Positions 24,283 through 34,856 of a stretch of DNA of 64,000 nucleotides are shown in pieces. Each line of letters begins with the position of its first letter. The first letter of the stretch is position 1. Position numbers and translations under genes: made by a program. The DNA lies in IMG/VR virus record IMGVR_UViG_3300027744_000008; one strand, given 5' to 3'. Source of the DNA: a virus. Its lineage: Duplodnaviria; Heunggongvirae; Uroviricota; Caudoviricetes. Below the pieces are notes generated by a model that was given only the letters and a program-made list of their open reading frames with translations, was not told the DNA's origin and made no database searches.

Positions 24283-26955
24283 ATGAGCTATGTCGACGCA
24301 TGGTTCGATCGTGAAAACGACATCATTAAGATTGTCGAACGGTCGGCCCAAGGTAAGAGAGAATTTAGAGATATACCAGTTAGATATACATTTTACTACG
24401 AAGACGCCCGTGGTAAATTTCAATCAATTTATGGCACACCTTTATCAAGGATTGTTTGCCGTAATTCAAAAGACTTCCGAAAAGAAATGGCCATACACTC
24501 TAATAAAAAGATGTATGAGGCAGATATCAATCCAATATTTGTTTGCCTAAGTGAGCACTACTTAAATCAAGACGCACCAAAACTAAACACTGCCTTTTTC
24601 GATATTGAGGTAGACTTTGATCCAGAACGTGGCTATGCAAGTCCAGACGATGCATTCATGCCAATTACTGCCATCGCTGTCTACCTACAATGGTTAGAAA
24701 CTATGGTATGTTTAGCCATACCTCCAAAAGGTATGAGTATTGATACTGCCAAAGAACTTGTTAAAGATTTTCCTAATACACACATCTTTGACAACGAAGG
24801 TGACTTGTTAGACACATTCTTAAATCTAATACAAGATGCAGATGTTATCAGTGGTTGGAATAGCGAAGGTTTTGATATTCCATATACTACTAATCGTATT
24901 ATCAAAGTACTCAGCAAAGACGATACTCGTAGACTTTGCTTGTTCAATCAATATCCACGCAAACGTGAATATGAAAAATATGGAAAACAGGCCATAACCT
25001 ACGATATGATAGGGCGTGTACACTTAGATTATCTTGAACTATATCGCAAGTATACCTATGAAGAACGACACAGTTATAGGCTTGATGCCATTGCAGAATA
25101 TGAGTTGGGCAAACGTAAAACACAATACGAAGGCACACTTGATCAACTGTACAATCAAGACTTTAAGACATTTGTTGAATATAATATCAATGACTGTAAA
25201 CTGTTAGACGACCTTGACAAGAAATTAAAATTTTTAGATCTTGCCAACAAATTGGCACACGAGAACACTGTGCTATTACAAACAACTATGGGTGCTGTGG
25301 CTGTTACAGAACAGGCCATTATTAATGAGGCACATCGTAGAGGGTTCCAAGTTCCTAATCGTACTAAAATGGACGAGCGTGAAAGCAACGAAGGAGCAGC
25401 CGGGGCCTATGTTGCCTATCCCAAAGAAGGCTTACAAGATTGGATTGGATCTTTAGACATTAACAGTCTTTATCCCAGTGCCATTCGTGCGCTTAATATG
25501 GGGCCGGAGACTATCATAGGACAACTGCGTTCTACATACACAGATGATTACATAACAGAACAAACTACTCTTAAAAAGAAAACGTTTGCTGCCGCGTGGG
25601 AAGGTTTATTTGGCTCATTAGAATATGAAGCAGTAATGAAACAGGATCGTGGCTTTGATATTACCATTGACTGGGAATCAGGAGAAAATGATACTCTCAG
25701 TGCCGCAGAGATATACAAATTAATCTATGATAGTAACCAACCTTGGATGTTGAGTGCCAATGGTACTATCTTTACATGGGAAAGAGAAGGAATTATTCCC
25801 GGACTATTAAAACGCTGGTATTCAGAACGTAAAGAGATGCAGGCCAAATTAAAGGAGAGCAAAGATGCAGGCAATAACATTGAAGAGGAATATTGGGATA
25901 AACGACAGCTAGTTAAGAAGATTAATCTCAACTCTCTTTACGGTGCGATTCTTAATCCTGGCTGTCGCTTTTTTGATAAGCGTATCGGGCAATCTACCAC
26001 TCTTACTGGGAGACAGGTGGCCAAACATATGGCCGGAAAAGTCAATGAGATCATCACTGGAGAGTTTAACCACATCGGCAAGGCAATCATATACGGTGAC
26101 ACAGATTCTTGTTATTTCTCAGCATATAAGACCTTAAAGAAAGAAATTGATAGTGGCACTATTCCTTGGACTAAAGAAACTGTAGTTCAGCTATACGATC
26201 AAATTGGAGAAGAAGTAAACAATACTTTCTCACAATTCATGCTTGATGCGTTTCATTGTCCAAAGACACGCGGTGAAGTTATCAAAGCAGGACGTGAAAT
26301 TGTTGCAAGTAAAGGTCTATTCATTACTAAGAAACGTTATGCTGTATTATATTATGATAAAGAAGGCAAACGTAGTGATGTAGATGGCAAGCCAGGTAAG
26401 ATCAAGGCCATGGGTTTAGATTTAAAAAGATCCGATACTCCAGAATTTATTCAAGACTTTTTAAGTGATGTATTGGAGAAAGTTTTAACTGGCGCCACAG
26501 AAAAAGATGTATTAGATCACATTACTGAATTTCGAGGACGTTTTAAAGCGCGGCCAGGTTGGGAAAAAGGTAGCCCTAAACGTGCCAATAATATTACTGA
26601 GTATCAGGCCAAAGAGGCCAAAGCAGGTAAGGCCAATATGCCCGGGCATGTACGTGCCAGCATTAACTGGAATACACTCAAACGCATGATGGGCGACAAG
26701 TACAGTATGGGTATTACCGACGGTGCTAAGGTCATTGTTTGTAAAATCAAAGACAATCCCATGGGCTTTACCAGTGTTGCTTACCCTGTAGACGAACTAC
26801 GTTTGCCCCAGTGGTTTAAAGATTTACCATTTAACGATGCAGAAATGGAACAAACTATTATTGATAACAAATTAGATAACTTAATTGGTGTACTAGAATG
26901 GGATATACGTAGTACAGAAGAAAAGAACACATTCAATAGTCTATTTGAGTTTTAA
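24283..26955 (+). CDS. DNA polymerase family B
   Basis: Exo motifs DIEVD, WNSEGFD, YNIND; pol motifs DINSLYPS, KINLNSLYG, YGDTDS, KKRY. Confidence 0.97.
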   Translation: MSYVDAWFDRENDIIKIVERSAQGKREFRDIPVRYTFYYEDARGKFQSIYGTPLSRIVCRNSKDFRKEMAIHSNKKMYEADINPIFVCLSEHYLNQDAPKLNTAFFDIEVDFDPERGYASPDDAFMPITAIAVYLQWLETMVCLAIPPKGMSIDTAKELVKDFPNTHIFDNEGDLLDTFLNLIQDADVISGWNSEGFDIPYTTNRIIKVLSKDDTRRLCLFNQYPRKREYEKYGKQAITYDMIGRVHLDYLELYRKYTYEERHSYRLDAIAEYELGKRKTQYEGTLDQLYNQDFKTFVEYNINDCKLLDDLDKKLKFLDLANKLAHENTVLLQTTMGAVAVTEQAIINEAHRRGFQVPNRTKMDERESNEGAAGAYVAYPKEGLQDWIGSLDINSLYPSAIRALNMGPETIIGQLRSTYTDDYITEQTTLKKKTFAAAWEGLFGSLEYEAVMKQDRGFDITIDWESGENDTLSAAEIYKLIYDSNQPWMLSANGTIFTWEREGIIPGLLKRWYSERKEMQAKLKESKDAGNNIEEEYWDKRQLVKKINLNSLYGAILNPGCRFFDKRIGQSTTLTGRQVAKHMAGKVNEIITGEFNHIGKAIIYGDTDSCYFSAYKTLKKEIDSGTIPWTKETVVQLYDQIGEEVNNTFSQFMLDAFHCPKTRGEVIKAGREIVASKGLFITKKRYAVLYYDKEGKRSDVDGKPGKIKAMGLDLKRSDTPEFIQDFLSDVLEKVLTGATEKDVLDHITEFRGRFKARPGWEKGSPKRANNITEYQAKEAKAGKANMPGHVRASINWNTLKRMMGDKYSMGITDGAKVIVCKIKDNPMGFTSVAYPVDELRLPQWFKDLPFNDAEMEQTIIDNKLDNLIGVLEWDIRSTEEKNTFNSLFEF

Positions 26956-26956
26956 T

Positions 26957-27151
26957 ATGCTGCCGTTAAATGTAGAATTAGATCACGATTACTCTGTACT
27001 AGAAGTAGGAGGCAATAAACAAGGCATTGTCATTGCCTACGAATGGTGCGTTGACACATTTGGTCCTCCAGGTAATCGTTGGTTTTTTAGAAATAATCAA
27101 TTTTATTTTAAAAATAATAAAGATTATATGTGGTTTGAATTAAGGTGGTAA
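26957..27151 (+). CDS. small hypothetical protein
   Basis: WC..TFGPPGNRW...F.FKN.KD motif; paralogue at 36729. Confidence 0.6.
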   Translation: MLPLNVELDHDYSVLEVGGNKQGIVIAYEWCVDTFGPPGNRWFFRNNQFYFKNNKDYMWFELRW

Positions 27152-27152
27152 T

Positions 27153-27938
27153 ATGAAGATAATAATTGCAGGATATGGATATGTGGGTAAAGCAGTACAC
27201 AATGCTTTTAAAGATCAACACGAGCTAGTTATCGTTGATCCTGCCTACACAGACGACGAAATTAAAAATCATTACGGTGATGCAGACGGTGTTATTATTT
27301 GTGTTGGTACACCTTCTACAGATACAGGCACTTGCAACGGCATGAACGTGTTAGATGTAATAGATCAAACACCCGTACATATTCCTATAATGGTTAAAAG
27401 CACTGTTAGTCCGGATATTGTAGAAATTCTAGAAGAAAGATATACTCAACACAGTATAGTAATAAGCCCAGAATTTTTAAGAGCTAGAACAAGTGTAGAA
27501 GATTTTGCCAATCAAAAATATGTTATCATAGGCGGCGACGATCCTGAATATTTTTGGCAAGAGCTTTTTACCGAAACATTATCTAATTGCAAAATAGCAT
27601 TTAAATGCTCGATGAAAGAAGCATCTATTATCAAATATGCTACAAATAGTTTTCTAGCATTAAAAACATCATTCTTTAATCAGTTGTATGATGTTTGCCA
27701 ATCAAGTGGTACCGATTTTGACATTGTTCGACATGTAGTATCACATGATCAACGTATTGGTTCGGATCACTCGATGGTTCCAGGACCAGACGGAGAAAGA
27801 GGATGGGGTGGCCATTGTTTCCCCAAAGATACACTTGCCTACACACTGTGGGCAAAATCAATTAATGCAGAACAAAGCATTATTGAAACTGCCATAGAAT
27901 ACAATAATATGGTAAGAAAAATCATTGACAAAACGTAA
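27153..27938 (+). CDS. UDP-glucose/GDP-mannose dehydrogenase family (short form)
   Basis: GYGYVG, ICVGTP, KSTV, SPEFLR, KY..N and catalytic GGHCFPKD. Confidence 0.9.
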   Translation: MKIIIAGYGYVGKAVHNAFKDQHELVIVDPAYTDDEIKNHYGDADGVIICVGTPSTDTGTCNGMNVLDVIDQTPVHIPIMVKSTVSPDIVEILEERYTQHSIVISPEFLRARTSVEDFANQKYVIIGGDDPEYFWQELFTETLSNCKIAFKCSMKEASIIKYATNSFLALKTSFFNQLYDVCQSSGTDFDIVRHVVSHDQRIGSDHSMVPGPDGERGWGGHCFPKDTLAYTLWAKSINAEQSIIETAIEYNNMVRKIIDKT

Positions 27939-27953
27939 TTTTCTAAATATAAT
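27925..27953 (+). promoter_or_regulatory. sigma70-type promoter with overlapping TAAATA
   Basis: TTGACA-17 nt-TATAAT; TAAATA at 27944-27949. Confidence 0.8.
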
Positions 27954-27970
27954 AGCACAAGGAGACATTT

Positions 27971-28702
27971 ATGAAAGATATTTTACAAGACATCGTAGCA
28001 CACACATACCAATTAGGAATTATTTCATTGGTAAAGATTACTGGTACTAACGGTGACACACTAGTTGAAGCAATGGCCGAAGATAGGTCAGTTATTGTAT
28101 CTGCTAAAACAGCAACCCCAGTTAGCGAGTTCGATGGCGTTTTTGGTATGCCAAACTTAGACAAACTTAAATTCTTCCTTAGCTGTGAAGAATATAAAGA
28201 GAACGCTAAGATCGAAGTAGTTGAAGCAACAAGAAACGGAGAAGTAGTTCCAACAGGTTTACATTTTGAAAATCAAACATGTGACTTTCAAAATGACTAT
28301 CGTTTTATGAACACAGAAATTATTAATGAAAAACTTAAATCAGTTAAGTTTAAAGGTACCACATGGGATGCTGAGTTTGAGCCAAGTGTAACTTCTATTA
28401 TGAGATTAAAGTATCAATCTCAAGCTCACAATGACCAGCCTACTTTTCAAGTTAGCACAGAAAAAGATAACTTAATCTTTAGTTTTGGTGATGCTAGCAC
28501 ACACGCAGGTAGTTTTGTTTTTCAATCTAATATTAGTGCTAAACTAAAACATAAATGGACTTGGCCGGTTAGTCAAGTTATGAGTATCCTTGCACTTAGC
28601 GGTAATAAGACTATGAAGATAAGTGATGCCGGTGCCATGATGATCACTGTAGATAGTGGCATGGCAACATATGACTATATCTTGCCAGCAATGAGCAAAT
28701 AA
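27971..28702 (+). CDS. putative sliding clamp (gp45/PCNA-like)
   Basis: About 240 aa, beta-rich, ends YDYILPA; near PolB, and a clamp loader is present. Confidence 0.65.
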   Translation: MKDILQDIVAHTYQLGIISLVKITGTNGDTLVEAMAEDRSVIVSAKTATPVSEFDGVFGMPNLDKLKFFLSCEEYKENAKIEVVEATRNGEVVPTGLHFENQTCDFQNDYRFMNTEIINEKLKSVKFKGTTWDAEFEPSVTSIMRLKYQSQAHNDQPTFQVSTEKDNLIFSFGDASTHAGSFVFQSNISAKLKHKWTWPVSQVMSILALSGNKTMKISDAGAMMITVDSGMATYDYILPAMSK

Positions 28703-28704
28703 TC

Positions 28705-28926
28705 ATGGAAACAAAACAACGTACTATAGCAAGAATGGTATCTTATCGTTTGACAGCGTGGTTATTTACAATATTCTGGACTTACTTGTTCACAGGTAAT
28801 CTAGGCAGTGCCACAGGCTTTGCCACTATATTACATGTATTGTTGAGTGTAGACTATTATATTCATGAAAGAATTTGGTTAAAAATTAAATGGGGTAGAA
28901 CAGATGGGGACGTCGATGCCAAGTAG
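28705..28926 (+). CDS. small membrane protein (DUF2061-like)
   Basis: RT...SYR...YY.HERIW..IKWG pattern. Confidence 0.7.
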   Translation: METKQRTIARMVSYRLTAWLFTIFWTYLFTGNLGSATGFATILHVLLSVDYYIHERIWLKIKWGRTDGDVDAK

Positions 28927-29344
28927 AGAAAAAGATCAAGCAGATTTTGATTTAGAAACATTTGTAGATTTGTTTGATACAGCAATGTCATCAGACAATC
29001 CTGCTGTGCAACGTGCATTAAAAAATCTGCTAATGATTGCAGCCATTGTTAGTGCCGAAGATGCAGAAACAGGTATGCGTCAAGGTCCTTTGCGTAGATT
29101 AATAGAAGATCAAAAAAATATCTTAAGTAGACTTAGCCGAATTGAGAATGAGAAATACGCAAAGGTATCGGATTTTCCTCCTACTAATATTGTAAATGTG
29201 CCGCTAGGTCCTTACTATCCGCCAAAGCCGATAAGTACTACCTGGCCTAGTAAACAGCAAGGATTCGGAGCTGTTCCGCCGCCAAATACTATGTGGGTGG
29301 CTACTAATACTACTGAACTCTTAAACAAATTAGAAACTAAATGA
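28916..29344 (+). CDS. hypothetical protein
   Basis: ORF in operon; start uncertain. Confidence 0.55.
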   Translation: MPSREKDQADFDLETFVDLFDTAMSSDNPAVQRALKNLLMIAAIVSAEDAETGMRQGPLRRLIEDQKNILSRLSRIENEKYAKVSDFPPTNIVNVPLGPYYPPKPISTTWPSKQQGFGAVPPPNTMWVATNTTELLNKLETK

Positions 29345-31023
29345 ATAAAAACCTAACAGCAACACAAAGTGACTACGCATACTTTCTGCCAGCAACGTCA
29401 GGATTTTATAGTACGTTCATAGGTAAACAACGATATGGAAACTATGTGGATCCTGCACGTCTTCCTGCTAGTTTTACCAATGGTGTTGAAGGATTGAATT
29501 ATCTTAATCCGGATAAAGGCATGTTTTATTATCATCACTGCTTATATTCAGCAGGACATGCTAATTTAGATCTTACTAAACCAGATGAAACTGAAGACAT
29601 GTTTCGCAACAGAGATCGTACAACTAGTTGGGTGTTAGGTGATTCTGGTGGATTCCAAATTGGTAAAGGTGTATGGGAAGGCGAGTGGAATGATCCAACT
29701 GGCCCAGTAGTTGCACAACGTATGGCTGAAGCTGTAGCCAAAGGTATTGAACTTGTTGCACAACTAGATGCCACAGGCAATCCTAAATTAGACAAGCATG
29801 GTAATCCAAAGATGACTAAGATTGATCATCCTAAACTTTATCAAGCACAGTTAGATGCCTCGCAGAAAAAACGTGAACAAGTATTAACTTGGATGGACGC
29901 ACTTATGGACTATGGTATGGTGCTTGATATTCCAGCGTGGGTTGGTCGTAGTCCAGTCGGTGCTAAAAATAGCGGTGTTGGAGATTATGATCAAGCAGTT
30001 GCGGCTACAAAATACAACAACGAATATTTCATCAAACATCGCACAGGTGCTTGTAAATTTTTAAATGTACTGCAAGGTGAGCATCACGGGCAAGCAGATG
30101 ATTGGTATCAGAAAATGAAAGATTTCTGTGATCCTAATGTCTACGGAAATAAAGCATTTAACGGATGGGCAATGGGTGGACAGAATATGTGTGATATCCA
30201 TCTTGTACTACGTAGATTAGTTGCATTACGTTTTGACGGACTCCTTGAAAAGGGTCAGCAAGACTGGATGCACTTCTTGGGCACCTCTAAATTAGAGTGG
30301 GCAGTTCTTTTAACCGATATTCAACGTGCTGTAAGGAAATACCATAATGAAAACTTTACCATATCTTTTGACTGCGCCTCACCGTTTCTGGCAACAGCAA
30401 ACGGACAGATCTATATCCAAACAGAAACAGAAGACCGCACTAAATGGGTTTATAGGATGCAAGGCGGTGCAGACAACAAAAAATACGCCACTGACACACG
30501 TCTCTTTAAAGATGCTGTAGTACAAGATGGTATTTTTGAAGGATTTGAATCTAGTCCAGTTATGGATCAAGTTCAAATGAAGGACATTTGTATCTATGGT
30601 CCAGGAGATGTAAACAAAAATGGCAAAGAAGGTAAGACCAGTTGGGATAGTTTTAGCTATGCTATCATGATGGGGCATAATGTTTGGATGCACTTAAATG
30701 CAGTTCAAGAAGCCAATCGCCAATATGATTTGGGCAAATTACCTTCAATGTTAGTTGACGAACAGTTTGATAGAGTGTATTATAAAGACATAGTAGAAGC
30801 TATTTTTGCAACAGATGACAGAGATACAGCAGAAGCAATCATTGAACACTATAGTAGGTACTGGGATACTATCATTGGTACTAGGGGTAATACTGGTAAA
30901 AGAATTATCAACCCAAATACCAAGGCAGATGAGTTTGGTATACCAACTATAGATTTAAGTGATCTTAAAGTTGTTAAAAAAGAAGAACCTGTAACTAATA
31001 CTTTTGAAGATTTATTTGAATGA
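29341..31023 (+). CDS. tRNA-guanine-transglycosylase-like protein (DpdA-like candidate)
   Basis: DSGGFQ, LDIP, VLQG, GWAMGG, HFLG and SFD motifs of the TGT barrel. Confidence 0.8.
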   Translation: MNKNLTATQSDYAYFLPATSGFYSTFIGKQRYGNYVDPARLPASFTNGVEGLNYLNPDKGMFYYHHCLYSAGHANLDLTKPDETEDMFRNRDRTTSWVLGDSGGFQIGKGVWEGEWNDPTGPVVAQRMAEAVAKGIELVAQLDATGNPKLDKHGNPKMTKIDHPKLYQAQLDASQKKREQVLTWMDALMDYGMVLDIPAWVGRSPVGAKNSGVGDYDQAVAATKYNNEYFIKHRTGACKFLNVLQGEHHGQADDWYQKMKDFCDPNVYGNKAFNGWAMGGQNMCDIHLVLRRLVALRFDGLLEKGQQDWMHFLGTSKLEWAVLLTDIQRAVRKYHNENFTISFDCASPFLATANGQIYIQTETEDRTKWVYRMQGGADNKKYATDTRLFKDAVVQDGIFEGFESSPVMDQVQMKDICIYGPGDVNKNGKEGKTSWDSFSYAIMMGHNVWMHLNAVQEANRQYDLGKLPSMLVDEQFDRVYYKDIVEAIFATDDRDTAEAIIEHYSRYWDTIIGTRGNTGKRIINPNTKADEFGIPTIDLSDLKVVKKEEPVTNTFEDLFE

Positions 31024-31271
31024 CATTACCAGACGAAAGATATCGAGCAGTAGTACAGACTCAAAAGTTTTTAGCTGAGATTCTTATTACTCCTCGAGTT
31101 CCTAAAGCAATTAAAGACCAAGCAAGAGCATATTTGCGTCATTATCCTAACGAATACGATATGCGTAAGACAGCACAAACAAGTCCTGATATATTTGCTG
31201 TACAAATGGAAGATGTAACTAGATTCTTTAAACAATACGAACAATCAAAGGCAGAAAAAAATGAATCGTGA
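31020..31271 (+). CDS. hypothetical protein
   Basis: MTLPDER...LRHYP small phage protein. Confidence 0.65.
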   Translation: MTLPDERYRAVVQTQKFLAEILITPRVPKAIKDQARAYLRHYPNEYDMRKTAQTSPDIFAVQMEDVTRFFKQYEQSKAEKNES

Positions 31272-31773
31272 TTATGCAGACGGCGAAACTTCCAATGTAG
31301 ACTTCTTTAAAGGCATCGAAGTTGAACACACACCAGCATTTGGCAAGAAAACATTATTCGTAGTTGGTGTGCAAACAATTGACCATATTGGTGTACGGTT
31401 GCACGGTGAAAGCCATATCTTCTTTGGTGCCAACCACAGTTTCGATCCCCAGTCTCCAGAAGAATGGAAGTCATGGGAAGATATGATTACATACTTTTTA
31501 GATAGAGATTATCTGTGTAGTTTAGATATTCCATTAAGTGCTGTAGAAGAATTTAATGATGGCGGGTTAAACGATCGTGACAATTTTATCCCGCAGATAA
31601 GAGTTCCAATTCCCTATATTAAATTATGGAATTATAACACCATGCTTAAAATCGACGACAAAGATTTCAAAGCAACGAACCCAGGTGTGTGGACACATAG
31701 TCTACATGATTTGAAAAGACGTAACAAGTTCACTTCGTGGGCAGACTACAAAAATGACGAAATAATAAAATGA
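31261..31773 (+). CDS. hypothetical protein in the deazaguanine cluster
   Basis: GIEVEHTP and HIFFGANHSF; enzyme-like but unassigned. Confidence 0.65.
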   Translation: MNRDYADGETSNVDFFKGIEVEHTPAFGKKTLFVVGVQTIDHIGVRLHGESHIFFGANHSFDPQSPEEWKSWEDMITYFLDRDYLCSLDIPLSAVEEFNDGGLNDRDNFIPQIRVPIPYIKLWNYNTMLKIDDKDFKATNPGVWTHSLHDLKRRNKFTSWADYKNDEIIK

Positions 31774-32285
31774 GTAAAAGTTTTATACTGTATTTGCACA
31801 ATGATCTATCGGGAAATCCTGATTGGAAAAAACTTGGTAAAGCAATGACTCCGTATTCAGCAGTACGCAGTCGACAAAAAAATTGTTCCGAAAAGTTTTA
31901 TCTCAATCATGTTTTTCTAGGAGATCCAGTACACATAGACTTCCTTGAAGAGACTTTTAAACGTGATTATTATGCGTATTCTGGTACACACATTAATAAA
32001 ATAAGTGGGCAAACTGAACTTTTTAAAATATCAGAAGATGTTATACTACTAGAGTTATCTAAGATAATTGAGAATTATAAATTGCACATTAAGAAAGTAG
32101 AGTTAGATTATCCATATTCTGCATGTAACAGCGGAGAATGTCCACTTAATATTCCGTCTGAAGCAAATTCATATTCCTTTTTAAGAGATAAAATTATTAA
32201 AACTTGGGGTGTTTGTTCTAATACAGTTTCTAAAAAAATGTCTAGAGCAGATTTATATTTTAACTTACTATTTGAACCAACATGA
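31770..32285 (+). CDS. possible GIY-YIG/T5orf172-like endonuclease
   Basis: LYL...KLGK.....R..Q...LE...TELF pattern. Confidence 0.45.
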   Translation: MSKSFILYLHNDLSGNPDWKKLGKAMTPYSAVRSRQKNCSEKFYLNHVFLGDPVHIDFLEETFKRDYYAYSGTHINKISGQTELFKISEDVILLELSKIIENYKLHIKKVELDYPYSACNSGECPLNIPSEANSYSFLRDKIIKTWGVCSNTVSKKMSRADLYFNLLFEPT

Positions 32286-32671
32286 TTATTAGACAAGACC
32301 AACGACCTAACAAAATGATTTGGGTTACCTTTCGCAAAGAAGGTATTCATCGTTATCCAGCAGCCGCTACAGATCCTGCACTGGCAACAGGTGACGAGTA
32401 TGATGTATCATTTCTAGCAAATGAACATCGTCATATTTTTCACTTCCGTGTTTGGATCGGTGTAACACATAATGATCGTGATATTGAGTTTATTCAATTC
32501 AAACGTTGGTTGGAAAATCTATACAAAGATAGTATACTAACACTTGATCATAAAAGTTGCGAAATGATGTCAGACGACCTATATGACATGATTTCACAAA
32601 AGTATCCAGACCGTGAAGTCTGGATTGAAGTCTCCGAAGACGGAGAAAATGGTTCATTTATCAAATATTAA
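32282..32671 (+). CDS. queD: QueD-like (6-pyruvoyl-tetrahydropterin synthase / T-fold) protein
   Basis: GIH, HRH, DIEFI, SCE and C-terminal VSED; context with FolE and QueE. Confidence 0.65.
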   Translation: MIIRQDQRPNKMIWVTFRKEGIHRYPAAATDPALATGDEYDVSFLANEHRHIFHFRVWIGVTHNDRDIEFIQFKRWLENLYKDSILTLDHKSCEMMSDDLYDMISQKYPDREVWIEVSEDGENGSFIKY

Positions 32672-32688
32672 TATTAAGGAAATCTATA

Positions 32689-32919
32689 ATGATTAAAAGT
32701 TACAAAGGCTACGCTTACTTTGACAACCATCCAGAGATTGTAAAGATCTTTGAGGACTTGGAGGCGTTTCACGATTTTTGTCGCTTTGAATTAATGCCGT
32801 TTAACGAGGCAGATCTTTATAATGGACGTAGCTACATTTGGCGTGCATTTAGTGATCGCAATGGTCGACGCTATCCAGCAAAGAAACGTCAGTTTGATAA
32901 GAAACCGTTTAGGACTTAA
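32689..32919 (+). CDS. hypothetical protein
   Basis: AAGGA RBS. Confidence 0.6.
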   Translation: MIKSYKGYAYFDNHPEIVKIFEDLEAFHDFCRFELMPFNEADLYNGRSYIWRAFSDRNGRRYPAKKRQFDKKPFRT

Positions 32920-32921
32920 CA

Positions 32922-34019
32922 ATGGCAAAGATATGGCTTATTGATTTAGAAGCCGTTGAAACAAGGTACACAGGTCAGTGGAAGACTCATGTGCCTAACC
33001 TCTTAGAAAAGGAAGGTCACAATGTCAACATTATATCAGGTCCTACGGACATTCCTAGTGCTACCACTCCTGGGGCATTTCTCAACTTTGGCGGCACTAA
33101 TATCTATAAGGCTAGTCAAGTTGAACAAATGGGCCGTTTATTTTGTAATGGATCCGTTCATCCTGGCGACCACTTTATTTTTACTGATGCTTGGCATCCG
33201 GGCATTATAAATCTAAAGTACATGAGTGAGCTACTGGGTATTCCAGTAACAACACATGGCCTATGGCATGCTGGCAGTTATGATCCTCAAGACTTTTTAG
33301 GACGACTAGTTGGAAATAAACCTTGGGTTAGACATGCTGAAAAAAGTTTTTATCATGCGTTCGATCATAACTATTTTGCCACAGAGTTTCATGTACATCT
33401 ATTCATGAAAAAATTACTCAACGACGGGTATACTATCGAAAATCCATGGTGGCACGAAGATTGGCAAGAACGTTACGACAGTGGCAAAATTGTTAGGACT
33501 GGTTGGCCCATGGAATATATGCAGGATACTCTTGCGCCTTATAAAGGCTTGAAGAAACGAGATCTAATTTTGTTTCCGCACCGTATTGCGCCAGAAAAAC
33601 AAGTTGAGATCTTTAGAGACTTGGCTACACATCTGCCGCAATATGAGTTTGTTGTTTGCCAAGATCAACAACTTACTAAGCATGAGTATCACACACTGCT
33701 AGGTGAAAGTAAAATGGTGTTCAGTGCTAATTTACAAGAAACATTGGGTATCAGTTGGTATGAAGGTGCCATTGTAGATGCTATACCATTAGTTCCGGAT
33801 AGACTTAGCTACAGTGAAATGGCTTTTGATACATTTAAGTATCCTAGTCAGTGGACTGAAAACTATGATGCATATGAAGTGTATCGTCCAAACTTGTGTC
33901 GTTTGATTACAGAACACATGGCTAATTACCATACAAGAACACTTGCAATTCAAAAACAAGCAGAAGCATTACATATATATTTCTTTTCAGCAACTGGATT
34001 ATTAGAAAGACTAAAATGA
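32922..34019 (+). CDS. GT-B glycosyltransferase
   Basis: FPHRIAPEK and QETLGISWYEG (E-x7-E motif). Confidence 0.8.
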   Translation: MAKIWLIDLEAVETRYTGQWKTHVPNLLEKEGHNVNIISGPTDIPSATTPGAFLNFGGTNIYKASQVEQMGRLFCNGSVHPGDHFIFTDAWHPGIINLKYMSELLGIPVTTHGLWHAGSYDPQDFLGRLVGNKPWVRHAEKSFYHAFDHNYFATEFHVHLFMKKLLNDGYTIENPWWHEDWQERYDSGKIVRTGWPMEYMQDTLAPYKGLKKRDLILFPHRIAPEKQVEIFRDLATHLPQYEFVVCQDQQLTKHEYHTLLGESKMVFSANLQETLGISWYEGAIVDAIPLVPDRLSYSEMAFDTFKYPSQWTENYDAYEVYRPNLCRLITEHMANYHTRTLAIQKQAEALHIYFFSATGLLERLK

Positions 34020-34468
34020 TACTGAAACTGTTAGAACGGTGTGAACGCAAACGTATCATTATGGATAGGCAGCATAACGAGCCATTGTTGACTCGTTACT
34101 ACTTATTTTTAAAAGAACGTAAGACTTTTCCGTTCAATATATTTTTACACAAGTTCCATAAAGGCGACCCCGGCGATGTACACGACCACCCGTGGCCGTA
34201 TTTTACACTGATATTAAAGGGTGGCTATTATGAATGGACGCCACGGATATGGAACGGCTGCAAGGCAGGATATGAAAGGCACTGGCGAGGACCTGGACAC
34301 TTTAGATTTTGTAGTGCTACAAGTTACCATCGTATTGAATTAAAAGAAGGGGTAACACCTTGGACTTTGTTTATACCGGGTCCACATAAACGAGAATGGG
34401 GATTCCTCGTTAAAAATAAATGGATACACAATGAGCTATACTTACACAATAGACAACACCATACTTAA
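34016..34468 (+). CDS. cupin-fold protein
   Basis: HDHPW...GGYYE...HRI motifs. Confidence 0.7.
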   Translation: MILKLLERCERKRIIMDRQHNEPLLTRYYLFLKERKTFPFNIFLHKFHKGDPGDVHDHPWPYFTLILKGGYYEWTPRIWNGCKAGYERHWRGPGHFRFCSATSYHRIELKEGVTPWTLFIPGPHKREWGFLVKNKWIHNELYLHNRQHHT

Positions 34469-34856
34469 TGGATCAATGGCCGGTGGCAGTAGTGCAGGAG
34501 TTATATATGATTCTTCTTCTGGCACTTATACCATTGCAAACGGAGGAAGTGGTGGATCAATTTACACTACAACCGGTACTAGTGGCTCGTGGATCAATAC
34601 AACTACTACTCCCTACGACAGTGTATTAACTTTCAAACCAGACCCTGCTAGCTTAGAAGTTAAAGGTCGAATGGTTATTAACGGTGTCGACTTAGAAGAA
34701 CGGCTAAACACAATCGAAAAAGTCTTGCAAATTCCAGAACGTGATGTTAAACTAGAGACTAAGCACCCAAAGCTAAAAGAATTGTACGATGCATACATTC
34801 ATGCTTTGGGAAAATATAGAACTTGGGACGCCATTAAAGGCGAAGACAATGACTGA
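34431..34856 (+). CDS. hypothetical protein, Gly/Ser/Thr-rich N-terminus
   Basis: ORF in operon. Confidence 0.6.
   Translation: MSYTYTIDNTILNGSMAGGSSAGVIYDSSSGTYTIANGGSGGSIYTTTGTSGSWINTTTTPYDSVLTFKPDPASLEVKGRMVINGVDLEERLNTIEKVLQIPERDVKLETKHPKLKELYDAYIHALGKYRTWDAIKGEDND

Noticed and set aside
24283-26955. Split or intein-containing DNA polymerase
   Set aside because: Continuous 890-aa ORF with all motifs at normal spacing.
29690-29860. Intein or intron in the TGT-like gene (insertion with GNPK repeated)
   Set aside because: The insertion is short and in frame, with no Cys/Ser start, His-Asn end or endonuclease motif; more likely a surface loop.
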